A stretch of DNA of 64,000 nucleotides from a bacterium (GCA_025355565.1 JANXZK010000022.1:3490-67489), one strand, 5' to 3'; shown: positions 27,133 through 36,105, numbered from the stretch's first letter. The notes: generated by a model from the sequence alone, not told the origin. Numbers and translations: made by a program.

Positions 27133-28452
27133 ATGGCATCTAGAGATTTCTTTAAAGGCAAGAGGGTTGCAGTGGTCGGATTGGGTCCATTTGGTGAGAT
27201 GGTAGAAGACGTAAAATATCTCATCAAAGCAGGTGCTCTTGTAGCGATCTATGACCTGCGAAGCGAAGCGAGACTCAAGAGTCATCTCATCTTCTTGCGT
27301 TCTATAGGATTGGCTAACTATGTTTGTGGATCTATACCTGTAGACGACCTTTTCGATATGGATATGATCATTTTGTCTCACGAATATCCGAGAGATTCAT
27401 CGTTCTTGAAAGAAGTCATCGCTAAAAAGATCCCCGTTGAATATCCGGAGACGGTATTTTTCAAACAGGCACCACCAATCAGCGTGATCGGGGTCTTGGG
27501 TATGTGTGGAAAATCGACAGTCGTCTCGATGTTAACACCGATGTTGGAGCATGCTTGTCGAGAATTCGGAGATCAAAAACTCTATTGTATCGACCCAGAA
27601 TCGGGCGAGGGTACGATGGCACATTTGAAGAAGATCAAAAGTGGTGATCTAGTCCTCATGCGTGTCACAGAACCGATGGCCATCGAACTTCATGCTATGC
27701 GCATGAGTCCACACGTGGTGATATTTACGACGCTTCCGACCAAAAGTACATACTCTGATGCCGCTTTCGAGTTGCTCGAATATCAGACTTATAACAACTT
27801 TATCATTGGTAATGATAAAGTGATCGATCTCATTCACGCATTGAAGATACAACCAAAAGCCAAAATGCTTCGTACAAAAGCAAACATCATTCCTGAATCG
27901 TGGCAATTCGTCGGTCGAGGCGATCACGATAAGGACAATGCGTCCCTCGCTCTGCAAGCCGCTCGATTGTTCAAGGTGGAAGATGATGTTGCAGAAAGGA
28001 TGTTTAAGGCATGGAAACCACTGAAGGGAAGGATGGAATTGGTTAAGAAGGTGAAGAATGTAGAATTCTATAATGATACAGCTTCGGTCGTCTCATGCTC
28101 GACGGAGGTTGCGGTAAAATCATTGTCTGAGAACAAAAATCTCGTTCTGGTCTTAGGTGGTGCGCAGACTGGTTGTGATTATAAAGAATTGTTTACCGTC
28201 ATACCGCAATATACACATGCCGTTATTCTCGTTCCAGGTTCAGGCACGATACGTGAGAGGGAGTATCTGCGAAATATGAAAGATGTGAATGTCATCTCAG
28301 CACCTTCGATAGAAGAGGCGACGCGTCTCGCCATGGAAAACGCCAAAAAAGGCGATCGGGTACTATTTAGTCCAGGTTTTGAAGCATATGGTTTTGACGG
28401 TTCGAGGCGTGAAAGGGGGGAGAGGTTTGTGAGAGCTGTGAGGAGTTTGTAG
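27133..28452 (+). CDS. murD: UDP-N-acetylmuramoylalanine--D-glutamate ligase (MurD-like Mur ligase)
   Basis: N-terminal Rossmann-like region (RVAVVGLGPFG), ATP-binding P-loop VIGVLGMCGKSTVVSML, and C-terminal GDRVLFSPGFEAYGFDGSRRERGERF, which matches the MurD C-terminus (GD-VLLSPACASFD-F-N-E-RG--F). Confidence 0.75.
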   Translation: MASRDFFKGKRVAVVGLGPFGEMVEDVKYLIKAGALVAIYDLRSEARLKSHLIFLRSIGLANYVCGSIPVDDLFDMDMIILSHEYPRDSSFLKEVIAKKIPVEYPETVFFKQAPPISVIGVLGMCGKSTVVSMLTPMLEHACREFGDQKLYCIDPESGEGTMAHLKKIKSGDLVLMRVTEPMAIELHAMRMSPHVVIFTTLPTKSTYSDAAFELLEYQTYNNFIIGNDKVIDLIHALKIQPKAKMLRTKANIIPESWQFVGRGDHDKDNASLALQAARLFKVEDDVAERMFKAWKPLKGRMELVKKVKNVEFYNDTASVVSCSTEVAVKSLSENKNLVLVLGGAQTGCDYKELFTVIPQYTHAVILVPGSGTIREREYLRNMKDVNVISAPSIEEATRLAMENAKKGDRVLFSPGFEAYGFDGSRRERGERFVRAVRSL

Positions 28453-28458
28453 TTTGTC

Positions 28459-28588
28459 GGAAAATAACAGAGAGAAGTCACCCTCGAGACACGAAAAAGT
28501 CCTGCAGGACTTTTTCTCGGCTTCAGAAATTTATTGCTATAAATTTCTTGCAGATGGTCTCTCAGATGACTTCTCTCTGTTATTTTCC
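28459..28588. repeat. 22-bp perfect inverted repeat enclosing two internal palindromes (compound hairpin between convergent genes)
   Basis: GGAAAATAACAGAGAGAAGTCA at 28459-28480 is the exact reverse complement of 28567-28588. Inside are GAAAAAGTCCTGCAGGACTTTTTC (28493-28516) and AGAAATTTATtgctATAAATTTCT (28523-28546). The right arm overlaps the 3' end of the 28580..28777 (-) CDS. Confidence 0.6.
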
Positions 28589-28777
28589 TTCGTCAACGAT
28601 CTCTGTCTTCACGTTGCCGTCCGGGGCGATCTCCTTGACTAGGAGAGTCATGCCGCAATGGTTGCATTCTACGACCATACCGGGAGTGATATTTGGATAT
28701 TTAGAGAGATCAACTGTGTTCTTGCATTCTGGACAAACGAGTAGAGTATTCATGGCTTTGAAATTTTGTTGAAACAT
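28580..28777 (-). CDS. small zinc-ribbon protein, LysW-like (amino-group carrier protein-like)
   Basis: CPEC-x16-VVECNHCGMTLLV with an acidic C-terminus (EIVDEGK). The pattern resembles LysW (CPECG-x15-VVCEDCGAELEVV...EDWGE). Confidence 0.45.
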   Translation of the reverse strand: MFQQNFKAMNTLLVCPECKNTVDLSKYPNITPGMVVECNHCGMTLLVKEIAPDGNVKTEIVDEGK

Positions 28778-28847
28778 GATTTTATTAATGCGCTAAATAA
28801 AAAGCGTTCTTTCAATAATAATAGAAAAAGTGTAGGATTACAAGGGT

Positions 28848-29747
28848 ATGATAATAGACGTGATCACACCACAAGAAAAATACCCAGCGCTCGCGAAAAT
28901 CATCGGTCTATCAGGATTGTATTTTAAACGCGAAGACCTGCATCCATACGGATCGCACAAAGGCCGTTCGATACCTACCATGATCGATCGATATGTGGCT
29001 AGCGGGTCGAAAGATTTCGTTATTTCATCTTCAGGTAATGCGGCACTCGCCGCGGCTTTGCATGTCAAGATGCTGAATGAGAGATCCCCAATATCTCTCT
29101 CTGTCTTCGTCGGACATCATATCGCTCCACATAAATTGGAAAAACTGAAAGCCCTGGAGGACGCAAATATTCGTGTTTTGATCAAGGAGAGGCCTCTTCA
29201 AGCGCTTACTATAGCTAGTCAGGAAGGGGCTACGGGATTACGCCAATCGACTGACGACAGCGCTCTCATAGGATACGAGGCTCTAGCGCGAGAATTGGGG
29301 CTTATACAGGGTATTGGAGCCATATTTGTAGGTACTTCTAGCGGTACTACAGCACAGGCTCTAGCAACGTATTTTAGTGCAAAAGATGGATATGGAAAAG
29401 GAGGTGGGAAGTCGGTTCAGGTCCATATCGTGCAGACCTCTGGTTGTCATCCGATCTCTGATGGAATGGAGATTTTTGATGGCAAAGAAGAAGAGTCTCT
29501 AGCTGACGCTATCGTTGACCGAACGGCGATGCGCAAATCTAGATTGGTGTCTTTGATCAAAAAAACTGGTGGCAATGCTTGGGTGGCGACGAATGATGAG
29601 ATCATCGCGGCGCGAGATATGGTTTTCGAAAATACAGGATTGGATATTTCTACGAATAGCGCGTTGTCTGTCGTCGGGGCGATGCAAGCAGTCTATCGAG
29701 GTTGGGAGATTGATGGGGATGTGGTCTGTATGATTTGCGGAGAGTAG
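28848..29747 (+). CDS. PLP-dependent enzyme, fold-type II (cysteine synthase / threonine synthase / TrpB superfamily)
   Basis: Candidate PLP-lysine motif HPYGSHKGRS, and glycine-rich GTSSGTTAQ that resembles a phosphate-binding loop. 299 aa. Confidence 0.55.
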   Translation: MIIDVITPQEKYPALAKIIGLSGLYFKREDLHPYGSHKGRSIPTMIDRYVASGSKDFVISSSGNAALAAALHVKMLNERSPISLSVFVGHHIAPHKLEKLKALEDANIRVLIKERPLQALTIASQEGATGLRQSTDDSALIGYEALARELGLIQGIGAIFVGTSSGTTAQALATYFSAKDGYGKGGGKSVQVHIVQTSGCHPISDGMEIFDGKEEESLADAIVDRTAMRKSRLVSLIKKTGGNAWVATNDEIIAARDMVFENTGLDISTNSALSVVGAMQAVYRGWEIDGDVVCMICGE

Positions 29748-29829
29748 TCATAGTACATGAACTAATCCCACATCTGCCCCCTCACTCCCTCGCAAAGAGT
29801 GCTCGGTCGTTCGAGGGTGAGATGCGGGA

Positions 29830-31293
29830 TTAGTTCATTTGACCACCTATCATTCTTACAACCTCTTCTATCATCCCCCGGAATCCATGCGAGCCGAGAA
29901 AAGCGATCACGTCGCCTTTGTTCGTATTTGAAATCAGATATTCGACGAGAGCTTTGTCGTCATCAATAAAGATAGTATTTTTTTGTGTTTTAGAAATAGT
30001 TGCAGCAAGTTCATCACCTTCCATCGGAGCCGCCGAATCATCTGAGGCAACTTTCAGTTTAGTTAAACGCGGAATGATGACTCGGTCTGCATCTCTGAAA
30101 GCATCGTCATATTTCGCAGCCGATGCTCGCTCGCGCCCACCAATATTTGGTTCGAAGATGGTGATAATTTTTCCCCCATCTTTGCCGCCATAGATTTCTT
30201 TCAGCGTCACCAGAACTGACACAGCTTTTTCTGGTGAATGGGCGATATCATCGATGACTGTTATGCCTTTCATAGTCGAGTTACCATCCAGACGTTTTTC
30301 CATTCTCCTTTTTAATCCCTTGAATTTGGCTATCGCATCGATGATCTTGTCTGATCCAATACCTATAGATGTTGCCATCGCGAAACAGCCTGTGATATTC
30401 TCTGCTTGATAGCTTCCGAGAAGGGGTGAATGTATGTGAAATGAATCACTACCATGTGAAATGCTAAAATCCATGCCCGAGGAAGATTGTTTTATATTTG
30501 AATAGGTGAAATCTGGTGATGTCGAATCGGCGCCTCGATCCCGAGTGCTGATACCATACGTAATGACCTTGCCTTTATATGAACCGATCACTCTCTCTAT
30601 TCCAACCTGTCCTGCACGTGCGACTAGCTGTCCATCTTTACCCATTATCGCCAATAATTTATCGAAGGCTTCGAAGTAGCTCGCTTCTGTCGGATACAAG
30701 TCTGCATGATCCCAGGATACGGCCGTCAAAAGCAGATGAGTCGGCCGGTAATGAAAGAATTTTGCGCGCTGGTCTGTTGGGGAACTCTTGTACTCGTCGC
30801 CTTCGAAAACGCTCCACTTGGAGTCTCCCAATTTTGCTGACGAATCGTGTGACAACGAAATACCGCCAAACATATAGCTTGGGTCCATCTGCGCTTCATT
30901 CAATATGAATGAAAGCAGTGCCGAAGAAGAAGTTTTGCCCCAAGTCCCGGAACAGACGATGGAGTTTTCTTTAACGAAATATCGCCCGAGGATTTCAGGG
31001 TATGAGAACATAGGTAAGTTGTGTTCCTTGGCGTATACAGTCTCCGGATTGTGGCTACCGGAAGCGGATCCGACCATGACGGCGTCAGGCATACCTCCTT
31101 CTACCATCTTTTCCGGATGCCAACCGGCATAAAAAGTCACACCTTGTTTTTCAAGCTCTGTTGAAACAGGAGGGAAGAAGCCTTTGTCGGAGCCGGTTAC
31201 GACAACACCGCGTCTCTTCAGGGCGATAGCGATCGCGCTCATGGCGACGCCGCAGATGCCGATAACGTGGATTTTTCTTGGTAGCTGATTCAT
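29830..31293 (-). CDS. murC: UDP-N-acetylmuramate--L-alanine ligase (MurC/Mpl-type Mur ligase)
   Basis: The N-terminal IHVIGICGVAMSAIAIALKRRG...GSD matches the MurC N-domain. It has a central ATP-binding domain and a C-terminal Mur ligase domain. Confidence 0.8.
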   Translation of the reverse strand: MNQLPRKIHVIGICGVAMSAIAIALKRRGVVVTGSDKGFFPPVSTELEKQGVTFYAGWHPEKMVEGGMPDAVMVGSASGSHNPETVYAKEHNLPMFSYPEILGRYFVKENSIVCSGTWGKTSSSALLSFILNEAQMDPSYMFGGISLSHDSSAKLGDSKWSVFEGDEYKSSPTDQRAKFFHYRPTHLLLTAVSWDHADLYPTEASYFEAFDKLLAIMGKDGQLVARAGQVGIERVIGSYKGKVITYGISTRDRGADSTSPDFTYSNIKQSSSGMDFSISHGSDSFHIHSPLLGSYQAENITGCFAMATSIGIGSDKIIDAIAKFKGLKRRMEKRLDGNSTMKGITVIDDIAHSPEKAVSVLVTLKEIYGGKDGGKIITIFEPNIGGRERASAAKYDDAFRDADRVIIPRLTKLKVASDDSAAPMEGDELAATISKTQKNTIFIDDDKALVEYLISNTNKGDVIAFLGSHGFRGMIEEVVRMIGGQMN

Positions 31294-31952
31294 GAGAGTA
31301 ATCTTTTTATAGTTTCAACATCAGTTTGCCAAGTCTTGCCATCGAACCATTCTAGTCCTTCGAATTGGAGTTTGTATAGGCTTGATCGATTTTGCAGGGA
31401 GCCGAGATAGATGTATTCGAGTCCATCTCTTTTGGCTTGATCGATCGCCGCTGTCATCATGCCAAGTCCCATATCTTTTGGTGATTTCATTAGATCATAA
31501 AATGGATATGAATAGTGCATCAATCTAGATATTTTATCCACGTACGTGATCGCGTATCCTAGAGTAGCATTATCTTTTGTGAATGAGATCAGAGTATTGA
31601 AATTGCTCTTTGTCACATCGGTGAGCATTTCTTTTATCTTTTGAGCACTCATGATGCCATTGCCAAATTTGGTTGAGTAAAAATCTTTTGCGAGCTTGCC
31701 GATTCGAAAGTCATATGGATTCACCGGAAATGGTAGATGTGTGTATCTCATCGCGAATCCTTCATTTTTTTTCAATATACGTCGATTCTCGCTCGATAGG
31801 GCAAATTTTCTGAGATCGATGCGCACAGAACGAGTCTGCTGCATGACACCACGGCCGAGACGAGTGAAGGCATAGCCATCGACGAACATCTTGTTGATAT
31901 TCTCGGGTGAGAAGTCGGTAATGGTTTGTTCGTTCCAGTGCAAGTAAGTCAT
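31290..31952 (-). CDS. Fem/ATE-superfamily (GNAT-fold) aminoacyl-tRNA-dependent transferase-like protein
   Basis: LGMMTAAIDQAKRDGLEYIYLGSLQNRSSLYKLQFEGLEWFDGKTW resembles the ATE_C / Bpt conserved block (G...Y-YLGY...YK--F-P-E-L-DG-W). ENRRILKKNEGF resembles the Fem K-x-R-x-x-I-x-K-A motif. Its stop overlaps the murC start by 4 bp. Confidence 0.45.
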   Translation of the reverse strand: MTYLHWNEQTITDFSPENINKMFVDGYAFTRLGRGVMQQTRSVRIDLRKFALSSENRRILKKNEGFAMRYTHLPFPVNPYDFRIGKLAKDFYSTKFGNGIMSAQKIKEMLTDVTKSNFNTLISFTKDNATLGYAITYVDKISRLMHYSYPFYDLMKSPKDMGLGMMTAAIDQAKRDGLEYIYLGSLQNRSSLYKLQFEGLEWFDGKTWQTDVETIKRLLS

Positions 31953-31964
31953 GTCTTGTGTCTT

Positions 31965-33092
31965 TCAATGAAGTGCCATCCAGAATCCGAATATTACGAA
32001 AAAGAAATGTGTGATCCAAAATCGCATGACGGTTTTCTCTTCGCTCCAACCTTTGAGCTCGAAGTGATGATGGAGAGGCGCCATGCGAAAGACTTTGCGG
32101 CCGAAAATATAACGTGAAGTGACTTGGATGACAACGCTCAGCGCTTCGATATAAAAGATGAAACCGAGGAACAATAGGGCGCTAGTTTCTCCGATCGCCA
32201 TGGCATTCACAGCGAGAAGCGCGCCCAAGCCCAAACTGCCGACATCGCCCATCATGAATCGAGCAGGTTTGATATTGAAATACGTGTATGCGACGAGCGC
32301 GCCGACAGTTGTGGCGTTTAGGATAGCGATTTCACCGAAACCATTTACCCACGAAAGAAATGTCAGGGCACTAAATGTGATGATAAGTGTCCCTCCCGCA
32401 AGTCCGTCCATACCATCTGCGATATTCACGGCGTTAGCGGTAAACATCACGATGAAGATGATGATAGGGATGATCAATATTCCCGCGTCGATGGATATGT
32501 CAAAAGGAAAATATATATAATGCCATGCAGGCCCCAATTTCGCGTAGATCCACCATGCTGTCAGGGTACCAGCGATGAATTGGAGAATGAGTTTTTCGTG
32601 CACAAAGATGCCTTTACCAGGCCTCGACCCAAACCAAACTGACATGCGTTTGAAGGCTGTCCAAGGTAAAGTGATGATGTACCAGATACGCATACGGATG
32701 TCTTTGTGGACACGTATCAGTCTCATCACGTGTCCCAATTTTCTAGAATATCTTTCGCGACCATATATATTCATAAAGTCATCGATCGCGCCCAGGGTGG
32801 CAGACAGGAGCATCACACCGATCGGAACCCATGTAAAGTTCCGAGACCAATTGAAGAATATAGTGATGATCGCGACTGTCAGAATGACGAGTAGTCCTCC
32901 CATGACTGGCGTATTGTTCTTGTATGAATGCGAACCGAGTCTTGCCAGCTCAGTTTTTGTACCTTTTACGACATGCAGTTTATAGAGGATCTTTGATAAT
33001 AAAGGAGCCCAAATGAAGGCCACAACCGCTCCTATTAACACAAAACTCAATATATAGGCCAGATCTGCCGTGCCCTGCAATATCGTTATCAT
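31965..33092 (-). CDS. mraY: phospho-N-acetylmuramoyl-pentapeptide transferase
   Basis: NAVNIADGMDGLAGG motif, ten predicted transmembrane helices and HHHFE near the C-terminus. Confidence 0.9.
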   Translation of the reverse strand: MITILQGTADLAYILSFVLIGAVVAFIWAPLLSKILYKLHVVKGTKTELARLGSHSYKNNTPVMGGLLVILTVAIITIFFNWSRNFTWVPIGVMLLSATLGAIDDFMNIYGRERYSRKLGHVMRLIRVHKDIRMRIWYIITLPWTAFKRMSVWFGSRPGKGIFVHEKLILQFIAGTLTAWWIYAKLGPAWHYIYFPFDISIDAGILIIPIIIFIVMFTANAVNIADGMDGLAGGTLIITFSALTFLSWVNGFGEIAILNATTVGALVAYTYFNIKPARFMMGDVGSLGLGALLAVNAMAIGETSALLFLGFIFYIEALSVVIQVTSRYIFGRKVFRMAPLHHHFELKGWSEEKTVMRFWITHFFFVIFGFWMALH

Positions 33093-33114
33093 GTTGGATA
33101 CAATACCACATCTA

Positions 33115-33936
33115 TCACATCCACTTCAATCTACGAACTTCAGTTTTGGACTTTGTCGCTCGAATAAAAAGACGGTTGTTCTCACCGGTCCTGCCATTTT
33201 CGTCCCACAGAGCATTTGTGATCGGTCTCCTCATATCAGCTATCTGAATGGTGCCTTGTCGTATACCGGTACCATAAATACCATCTTCCGGATAGGCGAC
33301 GGCATGTGAGTAATACAGTTTGAATGGAGTAAAATTCTGGTAGTCGATTTGATGAATAACGAGGATATGGTCACGTTCGTTATCGAAAATCTCGATTGAT
33401 CGATCGGCTGTCGGTTGGTTGGTCACAGACTGACCGGCCATCGTGATCATGTCACCTGGCTTGATCAGGTCGATCGGGACTAATAGGCTGTTTTTGTCGT
33501 GGGCGAGTGTCGCAACATCACAATTCTCTATCGGACGCAGGGAACAACGGATCTTGCCGATGATACTCGTGCAATTGATGAATGAAAGGTGCTTGTCTAT
33601 GGTGCCCCTACCGAGTTCCTGTGATTCGGCATTCAAGATATAGTAAGCAAAGCCGGAACAATCTATGCCGATATTTCTGTCAATCAATATCTTTTTTAGA
33701 GTTTTATCTGATAACTGGTCTGAAGGTAGATGGTCCCTGGTCATGATCGATTCTACCTCTTCGAATATCTCTTTTGGACTGCCTTTGCCGATGAAAGTTC
33801 TCAAGGCTATCCGTGACCGTGCCGTCTTGTTATTGAAGTACGGAACAGATGTCGTAGTCGTGCCGACAGTGAAGTGTCTGTATTGATCGATGATGGAGAG
33901 CGCGCGATTGGAAAGTATTTTGGTATTCATTGGCAC
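33115..33936 (-). CDS. hypothetical protein with an NlpC/P60-like papain-fold cysteine motif
   Basis: IGIDCSGFAYYIL resembles the NlpC/P60 catalytic Cys motif (D-C-S-G-F/L). A downstream His (DHILVIH) is a candidate catalytic partner. Confidence 0.4.
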   Translation of the reverse strand: MPMNTKILSNRALSIIDQYRHFTVGTTTTSVPYFNNKTARSRIALRTFIGKGSPKEIFEEVESIMTRDHLPSDQLSDKTLKKILIDRNIGIDCSGFAYYILNAESQELGRGTIDKHLSFINCTSIIGKIRCSLRPIENCDVATLAHDKNSLLVPIDLIKPGDMITMAGQSVTNQPTADRSIEIFDNERDHILVIHQIDYQNFTPFKLYYSHAVAYPEDGIYGTGIRQGTIQIADMRRPITNALWDENGRTGENNRLFIRATKSKTEVRRLKWM

Positions 33937-33938
33937 TA

Positions 33939-35225
33939 TTATACCGCGAGATTGAGATGCGCGCTTTTTATGGCCTCGGCGATCTCTTGGCCGTGTTTGT
34001 TAAACGAGCCGTGATCTTCCATGACGCCTTTTTCTGATTGGACACGGAGAAGGTCGGCATTGTATCCAGTGTTCTGGTAGGCGACTACTGTGTATCCGAG
34101 TTTTTGCAATTTAGCGGAAACATCATCGAATATGTCTTGGATATGTTTTGTCACGCGCTGGACGACTTGTGCGCCACCATCGATCTGGATCAGGTCTTGA
34201 TCGATAGGGAGGCCAGTGATCGCTCGGACATGAGCCTCAAAAGTAGTCAAACCTCTCGCTCCTCCCGCACGAGCTCTCTCTTGTAGCGCGGACTCGAATG
34301 TCGATGATGCTGGTTGACGCGCGTTGACTTCTATCAGGAATATGCGGCCACTCTTTTCGTGTTTGATGAGGTCTATACCAAAGAGACCTCTCCACCCTTC
34401 CGCTTGGAGTCGGGCACCGATCTCCTTTGTCATGTTATCAATATATTGTATATCATCTGTTGTAAGGAGTTTTTTTGCTAACGACCAATCGTTACCGACT
34501 GTACTAAATGAGCCATCCGTAAATGGTTGCATGCCCGTTATCTGATAGCTCACATTTCCAATCAAGATACGATTTGGGGTGATTATGACGTTCACTGTGT
34601 ATGAAGGCCCAGAGACAAAGCCACTGATGCGCGCTATCCTCTCTGGGAATTTTTCTTGTACAGCTCGGAGGTCGTCAAAAGTTTTGATGAGTATCGTGCC
34701 ATCGCCGGTGTGTCCATGATTCCACTGGATGATGAACGGGTTCTCACCTTTCCACGTGATCTGTTTGGTGACTTTGACCGCGTGCGGAGGTAAATACTTC
34801 GCGGCGAGATTACCCAACCAACGAATCTGACTGATCTTGTTCTCGACTCGCTCCGAGAGTGATGCCGCGGGGTTCAATAGTTTACAGGTCAAAAGGTTGG
34901 CTGATGTCTCAACACGGATAGTATTCTTGAAGACGAGAATAGAGATCGGAGATTGGACACTGGAGATTTGCGAACTCGTCGCGGTAGATCCTGATCTCAA
35001 TCTAGCGATCAGAGCTAGCGTGTTTCCGTGGGCCAAAAGGTCAGTCGTACCTAGGAGACCTTTTTCATTCGGTTCGACGAGTGTGACAAAATCTGGGTAT
35101 TGTGTCTGCACGATCTCGCCATATTTCGTCTTGTTGGAAACTATGTGGTAATTTTTACTTGGTTCCATGCCTAGCGCTCTTTCGATTTCTCTGGTGACGT
35201 ATATGATGATGGTGTTTGTGTTCAT
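33939..35225 (-). CDS. ATP-grasp domain ligase
   Basis: LFGIDLIKHEKSGRIFLIEVNARQPASS is the ATP-grasp C-terminal signature (E-x-N). The ATG at 35225 is preferred; the ORF track extends to a TTG at 35261. Confidence 0.6.
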   Translation of the reverse strand: MNTNTIIIYVTREIERALGMEPSKNYHIVSNKTKYGEIVQTQYPDFVTLVEPNEKGLLGTTDLLAHGNTLALIARLRSGSTATSSQISSVQSPISILVFKNTIRVETSANLLTCKLLNPAASLSERVENKISQIRWLGNLAAKYLPPHAVKVTKQITWKGENPFIIQWNHGHTGDGTILIKTFDDLRAVQEKFPERIARISGFVSGPSYTVNVIITPNRILIGNVSYQITGMQPFTDGSFSTVGNDWSLAKKLLTTDDIQYIDNMTKEIGARLQAEGWRGLFGIDLIKHEKSGRIFLIEVNARQPASSTFESALQERARAGGARGLTTFEAHVRAITGLPIDQDLIQIDGGAQVVQRVTKHIQDIFDDVSAKLQKLGYTVVAYQNTGYNADLLRVQSEKGVMEDHGSFNKHGQEIAEAIKSAHLNLAV

Positions 35226-35262
35226 AGTTTGCAGTCTAATACAAAACTGCCAGAATCTCAAT

Positions 35263-35330
35263 ACGTGCTAGACATACGTGCTAGAAATGTGTGCTAGAAA
35301 TGCAAACAGTAAACAGCAATCAGTAAACAG
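35263..35330. repeat. tandem short repeats in a divergent promoter region
   Basis: Three copies of CGTGCTAGA(A/C)AT in tandem, then two copies of CAGTAAACAG. The CAGTAAACAG motif also occurs at 24186-24256. Confidence 0.5.
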
Positions 35331-35358
35331 AAGAGCACAAATATGGTAATGTGATTTC

Positions 35359-36105
35359 ATGACGACATTTTCCGTAGTCGCGACACCTATAGGGAATCTC
35401 GAAGACATAACGCTTCGTGCCTTGAGTGTATTGAGGGAGGCTGATTTGGTGCTTTGTGAAGATACACGAATGACCAAACGTTTGTTGGATAGACATGATA
35501 TCAAAGTAAAAACCAAGTCGTATCATATGCATAGCGAACTCTCACGTGTTGATGAGATCATTGGAATGTTGAGGACTTCAATAGGTGGTGAGTCAACTGA
35601 CCGATCGACGGAAAAGCTAATAAACAATATCGTTCTCGTCTCGGACGCCGGTACGCCAAGTATTTCAGACCCAGGATCAGAATTGGTGGGTCAGATCAGG
35701 AGGGATCTAGCAAAAGAGATCGAGGAAGGCTCAGTGAAGATAGAGGCCATCCCTGGTCCGTCGGCTCTAACTGCGGCGTTATCGATCGCCGGTGTTCCAT
35801 GCGCGGAGTTTACTTTCCTAGGATTCTTGCCACACAAGAAAGGAAGGCAGACATTGTTCAAAGAGATCGCTGATTCAGAAAGGACAATGGTTTTTTATGA
35901 ATCACCACATAGAATCATGAAAACATTGGGAACACTGAGGGAGCAAGTTGTCAATAATCAGCCAAAACAGATCACAGTATGCCGTGAAATGACGAAGATT
36001 TTCGAAGAATTAGTCAGTGGGACGGCGGAGGAAGTGGAAAAATATTTTATTTCTCATGCTGACAAAGTGAGAGGGGAGTTCGTGGTGATCGTTTCATTGA
36101 AATAA
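35359..36105 (+). CDS. rsmI: 16S rRNA (cytidine1402-2'-O)-methyltransferase RsmI (tetrapyrrole-methylase fold)
   Basis: The N-terminal TPIGNLEDITLRALSVLREADLVLCEDTR is the RsmI signature. Confidence 0.85.
   Translation: MTTFSVVATPIGNLEDITLRALSVLREADLVLCEDTRMTKRLLDRHDIKVKTKSYHMHSELSRVDEIIGMLRTSIGGESTDRSTEKLINNIVLVSDAGTPSISDPGSELVGQIRRDLAKEIEEGSVKIEAIPGPSALTAALSIAGVPCAEFTFLGFLPHKKGRQTLFKEIADSERTMVFYESPHRIMKTLGTLREQVVNNQPKQITVCREMTKIFEELVSGTAEEVEKYFISHADKVRGEFVVIVSLK

Noticed and set aside
35226-35261. TTG-initiated N-terminal extension of the ATP-grasp ORF
   Set aside because: The extension is encoded by the tandem-repeat region. The ATG at 35225 is a more plausible start. Uncertainty remains.
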